Source: Candidatus Elulimicrobium sp.
Lineage (GTDB): Bacteria; Patescibacteriota; Minisyncoccia; Moranbacterales; UBA9337
Reading direction: 5' to 3'
Assembly (NCBI GenBank): GCA_020722485.1
Contig: DYKS01000002.1
Span: forward strand, 1-41,128
DNA: 41,128 bases
This document shows positions 36,338 to 41,128 of the stretch, piece after piece (position 1 is the first letter of the stretch; each line of letters starts with the position of its first letter). The notes under the pieces are model-generated. The model did no database searches. It was given only the letters and a program-made list of their open reading frames with translations, and had not been told where the DNA came from. The translations under genes and the position numbers were made by a program.

Positions 36338-37375
36338 TCATGCCGCCAAGACTAATTTTATCTCCGCGTCCATAAGCGCGCGACCGCGTTTTTCTTCTTC
36401 TCTTTTCAATAATTTCGCTTGAACCAAAATAAAAATATCGGGAAGTTTTTCCATTTTCTTTTCTTTGGGCGTTCCCTTTTTTCTAGCAATAAGCATCGCT
36501 GAATAATTTAAGTTAGATTTAATTCTTTCTCTTTTCAAAACGGCTTTAATATTTTTTAGTCTTTGTAGGTACGCGGAAACTTTTCGGCAATAATCTTTGG
36601 TTTCCGCCGGCCATTCTTTCCATGGTTTTTGCCAAATACCGTGTCCGGCATTGTAGGCGGCAATCAATTTTTCTTGCGCCGCCTCAAATTTTCCTTTTTT
36701 ATATTCTTTTTTGCCAATGCCGTAATTATCAAAAAGGTTAATGAAAAAAAGTTTTCCTAGCGCCCGACTGTAATTGGCGTTTTCTTTGGCAAGTTGTTTT
36801 ATTTTTTTAAGCAATTCGTCCGCTATTTCTCCTTTCGCGCCATATTCAATAATTCCCTCTCTTCCCAATTTCTCTAAATACCTATTCACGTCGCGAAACG
36901 CAATGTCCATCGTTTGCATAATTCCGAAAGCGCCCTTCCTTGATTCGGCTTGCGCGTCAAATCCGGATTCCTGAAGTTGAATAGCGATAAAAAAATCATC
37001 CATAAAAATTTTTTTTGGCCAAAAACGCTCTCCTTTAGTTTTTAAAATTTCATATTGAACAAGAAAGTTTTCTAATAAATTTCGAGCATTCTTTTCCAAA
37101 CGCTCATCTTCTTTCCGTTTTTCTTTTTCCGATAATTCTCCTTCCTTGCCTGAAAAAGACAATTTCTTTCCTGTTTCCGAACGATCGTTTCCTTTGTTTG
37201 ATTCCTTTCCATTTTCTTCGCTGGTTAATTTTTCTATGGTCTTTATCGCTCCCGCAACACCTAAAAGCGCGGTGGTGGACAATGATCCCGTTAAAAATTT
37301 TCTTCGGCTTTCATCGATTTCCTCTCTTTTTTTGTTTTCGCTTGCGCGCGGTTGAAACTCAAAATTCATTTTCAT
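36338..37375 (-). CDS. Lytic transglycosylase (SLT-domain) protein with N-terminal anchor
   Basis: QESGF catalytic Glu, GAFGIMQ, AAYNAG and ETKDY motifs; SRRKFL followed by a hydrophobic segment. Confidence 0.8.
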   Translation of the reverse strand: MKMNFEFQPRASENKKREEIDESRRKFLTGSLSTTALLGVAGAIKTIEKLTSEENGKESNKGNDRSETGKKLSFSGKEGELSEKEKRKEDERLEKNARNLLENFLVQYEILKTKGERFWPKKIFMDDFFIAIQLQESGFDAQAESRKGAFGIMQTMDIAFRDVNRYLEKLGREGIIEYGAKGEIADELLKKIKQLAKENANYSRALGKLFFINLFDNYGIGKKEYKKGKFEAAQEKLIAAYNAGHGIWQKPWKEWPAETKDYCRKVSAYLQRLKNIKAVLKRERIKSNLNYSAMLIARKKGTPKEKKMEKLPDIFILVQAKLLKREEEKRGRALMDAEIKLVLAA

Positions 37376-37405
37376 ACCCGACTGACATTTTCAAAAGATT
37401 ATACT

Positions 37406-37429
37406 TATGTTATAATTAATTATAACATA
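37406..37429. promoter_or_regulatory. Perfect 24-bp palindrome holding two face-to-face extended -10 boxes
   Basis: TATGTTATAATTAATTATAACATA reads TGtTATAAT on both strands, between divergent genes. Confidence 0.55.
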
Positions 37430-37455
37430 GAATTTAAAAAAACTATCTTAAAAAA

Positions 37456-37911
37456 ATGAAAAATTGGCTTGTTTTCATTCAACCTTATCTTATTTTTTCA
37501 ATTCCTATTTTCATAGGAATCAGTACTCAGGTTATTAAATATATCCTTTATTCTTTCAAACACGGTTGGGATTTAAATTACGCGTTTACTCATGGGCATA
37601 TGCCTAGCGCCCACACCAGCTTTATCGTTTCTCTTTCCACTTGTGTCGGATATTATGAAGGAGTTAATAGCGGCGCTTTCGCAATTGCTATAGCGTTGTC
37701 AATTATCATCATTGATGACGCTGTTAGATTGCGAGTATATATGGGCGACCAAGGAAGATTTCTTAATATGCTTATCCGCCAACTTCCTATCGATAAGAAA
37801 AAGTTTCCCCGTTTCAAAGAAAGAGTGGGACATCGCGTTAGTGAAGTCATTATTGGAGGTATTTACGGATTTTCCGCGACTATGCTTATAATAAAGTTAT
37901 TAAGCATTTAA
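37456..37911 (+). CDS. Divergent PAP2 family (DUF212) membrane protein
   Basis: QVIK, G.MPSAH, DA..LR...G.Q...LN and ERVGH..SEV..G motifs. Confidence 0.85.
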   Translation: MKNWLVFIQPYLIFSIPIFIGISTQVIKYILYSFKHGWDLNYAFTHGHMPSAHTSFIVSLSTCVGYYEGVNSGAFAIAIALSIIIIDDAVRLRVYMGDQGRFLNMLIRQLPIDKKKFPRFKERVGHRVSEVIIGGIYGFSATMLIIKLLSI

Positions 37912-37991
37912 TCTTTTAAATTTTTAAATAAAGCATTAAATAAAGCAACCGCTTTTTTATATTTAATCTTTAATTATTTTTAAATTTCAAA

Positions 37992-39320
37992 TTAATAATT
38001 AGGTTCCAAAAAATTAAGCTCTTCCAAAATTACCTTTTTATCGTTCCAAGCAATCCTTTTGTTGCCAATCGCCATTGTTTCTTCGGCTCCTTTGCCAGTA
38101 ACAACGACAAAATCTCCTTCTTTAGCGATTTTTAAAGCTTTTTTTATTGCTTCGCGACGATCAAAAATTTTCCAAAAATTATCTCCTTCTTTTTTATTTT
38201 TAATGCCGCTAGCTACTTCCTCAATAATTTGCCACGGATCTTCGTGATAAGGATCCTCATTGGTTACAATTAAATAATCGGCATAACGAGAAACAATTTC
38301 TCCCATCAATGGTCTTTTCCCTCTGTCTCTTTCCCCGCAAGCGCCAAAAACGGCGATAATATTTTTGTTTTCACAATTTATTTTTTTTAACAAAGAATAT
38401 AATTTTTCCAGCGAATCCGGAGTAACCGCGTAATCAATGATAATATTCAATCCCTTGTCATTGAGAACATATTCTATTCGTCCCGAAACACCTTTAATTT
38501 TTTCCAACGCGCGCGCGGCAATGTCTAGATCGATTCCTTCCGCTTGAGCCACGCTGATCGCCGCTAAAGCGTTTTCCACATTAAATTCACCAAGCAAATT
38601 TAATTTAAATTTCGTCCATTCGCCACGGCGAGTAGATTGAATTTTGAATTCAGATTTTTTAATCCCTAAATTAATTTCTTCGGCAACTATTGTTTTGACA
38701 TTTGTTGTTTGATATTTGTTATCGTCTGAGATTTTAAATTTCAAATTTTGAGTTCTTACGCTGTATCCCCATTTTTCTTTCGCTCTCGCTTTCAAAAACT
38801 CTTCCGGTTTTTCCATATTCAAATTAACTACGATTTTCTTGGCTTCTTTGAACAATTTCAATTTTGCCCAACGATAATCATTCATTGTTCGATGATAATC
38901 CAAGTGCTCGCGCGTCACATTAGTGATCACGGCAATTTCCCAATTTATTCCCCAGACTCTGTTTTGATCCAAAGAATGAGATGAGACTTCCAAAATCAAA
39001 TAATCGCAACCTTCTTCTATCGCTTGTCGGATAAATTTCTGAACCGCGAAAGCGGATAAAGTGGTAAATTTAGTTTTGTTCACCCATTCTTTATCACCGA
39101 TTTTGAAATTGATAGTAGAAGCCAAAGCCGTTTTGTATCCCGCTTCTTCAAAAATTTTCGCAATCATTTGAACGGTAGTGGTTTTGCCATTGGTTCCCGT
39201 TACAGCAATTACTTTAATTTTTTTACCAGGAAATCCATAATAAAAATTAGCCACTAACGCTTGCGCTAAATGATAAATATTTTTTATTTTTTGAGGAAAA
39301 ATTTTTTTAATTAAGTTCAT
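37992..39320 (-). CDS. murE: UDP-MurNAc-tripeptide synthetase (MurE)
   Basis: VTGTNGKTT, EVSSH, TNVTREHLDYH, DYA, VFG..GERD.GKRP.MG and GKG.E motifs; NEDP in place of DNPR. Confidence 0.9.
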   Translation of the reverse strand: MNLIKKIFPQKIKNIYHLAQALVANFYYGFPGKKIKVIAVTGTNGKTTTVQMIAKIFEEAGYKTALASTINFKIGDKEWVNKTKFTTLSAFAVQKFIRQAIEEGCDYLILEVSSHSLDQNRVWGINWEIAVITNVTREHLDYHRTMNDYRWAKLKLFKEAKKIVVNLNMEKPEEFLKARAKEKWGYSVRTQNLKFKISDDNKYQTTNVKTIVAEEINLGIKKSEFKIQSTRRGEWTKFKLNLLGEFNVENALAAISVAQAEGIDLDIAARALEKIKGVSGRIEYVLNDKGLNIIIDYAVTPDSLEKLYSLLKKINCENKNIIAVFGACGERDRGKRPLMGEIVSRYADYLIVTNEDPYHEDPWQIIEEVASGIKNKKEGDNFWKIFDRREAIKKALKIAKEGDFVVVTGKGAEETMAIGNKRIAWNDKKVILEELNFLEPNY

Positions 39321-39323
39321 AAG

Positions 39324-40385
39324 TCAAAACAAAATACTTTTTATTTTTCTCAGCGTTTGATAAATAAAATATTTTCGGCGATCAATAATCAAATCATAAC
39401 TACCCAAAAATTTAAGGGGTATAGCAAAACGAGAAAAACCCAATTTAAATCTTGTGATACCTTGCCAATCATTACTGATAGATTGAAGTTTAGAATTTAT
39501 TTTCACTCCTCCAAAATCATAAAAATCGCATCCGGCTTTCTTTGCGTCTTTTATCGCCTGCCATTGCAATAAATAAGTCGCCATCAAATTTTTGTATTTA
39601 TCGTCCGATGCCCCGTGCAAATAAATAGCTGTATCTATGTAAAAAATCATAATGTTGGCCGCAACTACTTTGCCTTGATATTCCGCCACATATAACTTAA
39701 TAATTTCTGGAGGAATAATTTCAAACATTTTTTGATAATAATTTTTCGGATGCGATTTAATCCCGTTTCTTTTCGAAGTGATTTTTACTAAACGCCAAAA
39801 TTCATTAAAATAAAATTCCTCTTCTTGAATATTCTTATCTTCTTTTATTTTATTTTTATCATTAGGATTTTTAGAATTTGAAAATTGTTTGGAAGCAGAA
39901 AACTGAAAATAGGAAATTACTTTTACTGAAACTCCTCGCCTTTGTGAAAGTTTGATATTGTATCTCGTTTTCGGTTTCATCTCTGCCAAAATTTCTTCCT
40001 CCGACCGAGAAATATCCAGGACAAAAATTTCCTTTGGCTGCATATCGTGCGGCGCTTTGACAATTTTATATCCAATATTTTTTTTTATAAAATTTAAAGT
40101 TTTTTCGTCTTCCGCGTCAAAACGAATCCATCCACTATTATTCTTCCGAGTCAAAACAAAAATTTCCGAAAAAATTTTTTTGACTTTATCATAATCATCG
40201 GAATTCAAAAAATTAAAATCCGGCCGCGGAATATAAAAATATTTTCCCGCTCCCAAAAGCTTATGTTCAATTATATTTAAACAAAAATTTTTATCTCTGA
40301 GAGAAAAAGTCTGTCGGCCAAAACTTTCTTGAAATTTTCGCCATTCTTCGGATTGTAAAAAATTTTTTCGAAAATAACTTTTCAT
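39324..40385 (-). CDS. FemABX-family lipid II:amino acid transferase
   Basis: FLQS.EW, YIPR, M..KTRYNI.L, YLHGAS, YLLQW.AI, YDFGG and G.TRFK.GF motifs. Confidence 0.9.
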   Translation of the reverse strand: MKSYFRKNFLQSEEWRKFQESFGRQTFSLRDKNFCLNIIEHKLLGAGKYFYIPRPDFNFLNSDDYDKVKKIFSEIFVLTRKNNSGWIRFDAEDEKTLNFIKKNIGYKIVKAPHDMQPKEIFVLDISRSEEEILAEMKPKTRYNIKLSQRRGVSVKVISYFQFSASKQFSNSKNPNDKNKIKEDKNIQEEEFYFNEFWRLVKITSKRNGIKSHPKNYYQKMFEIIPPEIIKLYVAEYQGKVVAANIMIFYIDTAIYLHGASDDKYKNLMATYLLQWQAIKDAKKAGCDFYDFGGVKINSKLQSISNDWQGITRFKLGFSRFAIPLKFLGSYDLIIDRRKYFIYQTLRKIKSILF

Positions 40386-40418
40386 ATTTCATATTTTCGC
40401 GCGCCGATTGTCTTGTTT

Positions 40419-40988
40419 TTATTTTCCGATATTTTTTAGCGCCATTTTTATTCGTTCGCTTACATCTTTTATATTTTTAGGAACGGATTTCAACGCTTCG
40501 CGCGCCTCAGAAACCGAATAACCCATACTTTGCAAAGCTTCAATCGCTTCACTGTCGGCTACCGCTTTTTCTTTGTCCGCGCTTGGCATTTCGGCAATTT
40601 TGTTTTTTAATTCCAAAATCACTCGGCTGGCGGTTTTTTTACCCACACCGGAAACGCGAGTCAAAACAGACGCGTCTTCATTAAGCACAGCCGTTTGAAT
40701 CGTTTTTGGTTCCGCGATAGATAAAATTCCCAATGCCGCTTTTGGTCCGATACCGGAAACAGAAATTAAAAGTTCAAACATTTCTTTTTCTTCCAAATCC
40801 AAAAATCCATACAAAGCCAATATATCTTCGCGAACATAAGTGTAAATATGTAAATTTATATCCTTTTTGCTAGCCAACTTGCCGAAAGTATAATCGGTAA
40901 CGAAAATTTTATATCCTACTCCATTTACATCCACTACCGCATAATTATCGCGCAAATATTCAATTTTCCCTTTTATTTTGGCAATCAT
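40419..40988 (-). CDS. ruvA: Holliday junction branch migration protein RuvA
   Basis: MIA.I.G, VNGVGY, VRED..LYGF, VSGIGPK.AL, GVGKKTA.R..LEL and EAL.SMGY motifs. Confidence 0.97.
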   Translation of the reverse strand: MIAKIKGKIEYLRDNYAVVDVNGVGYKIFVTDYTFGKLASKKDINLHIYTYVREDILALYGFLDLEEKEMFELLISVSGIGPKAALGILSIAEPKTIQTAVLNEDASVLTRVSGVGKKTASRVILELKNKIAEMPSADKEKAVADSEAIEALQSMGYSVSEAREALKSVPKNIKDVSERIKMALKNIGK

Positions 40989-41128
40989 TTTGATAATTTT
41001 AATTGATTTTAAACTTTAAATATTATACTTTAAATAATAAAACTTCTGTAACATTTCAGTATTTAATAATTTACCCTTATTGTATTTTAGTATGCGTATG
41101 ATTGTCAAAAAATAAAAGCAATAATTTT

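Noticed and set aside
1691..40194. Many 60-150 aa ORFs antisense to or nested in long genes (e.g. 8465..8824, 14448..14846, 14560..15024, 25434..25736, 35618..35968)
   Set aside because: They overlap well-supported genes, show no recognisable motifs, and have the F/S/I/L-rich composition expected of shadow frames
1..41128. Alternative genetic code (TGA as Gly, as in Gracilibacteria/Absconditabacteria)
   Set aside because: Conserved genes are full length under code 11, and TGA ends genes such as the VanW gene and uppP at the expected positions

Overview
AT-rich bacterial chromosome window using genetic code 11 (TGA is a stop), with few Shine-Dalgarno sites. Gene content and style suggest a Patescibacteria/CPR (Parcubacteria-like) genome; this is an inference. 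Most genes are housekeeping: recG, mpg, tsaD, valS, leuS, miaA, miaB, gatB, folD, uppP, murE, a FemABX-family gene, ruvA and four tRNAs (Glu-TTC, Lys-CTT, Arg-TCT, Asn-GTT). The most notable system is a full-length Elp3 (radical SAM + KAT) gene head-to-head, 30 bp apart, with a methyltransferase carrying Trm9/ALKBH8-type motifs, i.e. a candidate eukaryote/archaea-like cm5U-to-mcm5U34 tRNA wobble pathway in a bacterium. Also present: a six-gene dTTP module (two paralogous P-loop kinases, dCMP deaminase, tandem-domain ThyX, divergent Tmk, MazG-like protein); DedA/esterase/GT4 and GH1/EamA/GH-A modules; a four-copy palindromic MITE-like repeat; REP-like and 7-bp-period insertions read in frame inside essential genes; two IS30 left-end relics; an internally deleted ECF sigma gene; and a PRTase fragment at the 3' end of tRNA-Asn. 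All family calls come from motif recognition by eye; no searches were run.
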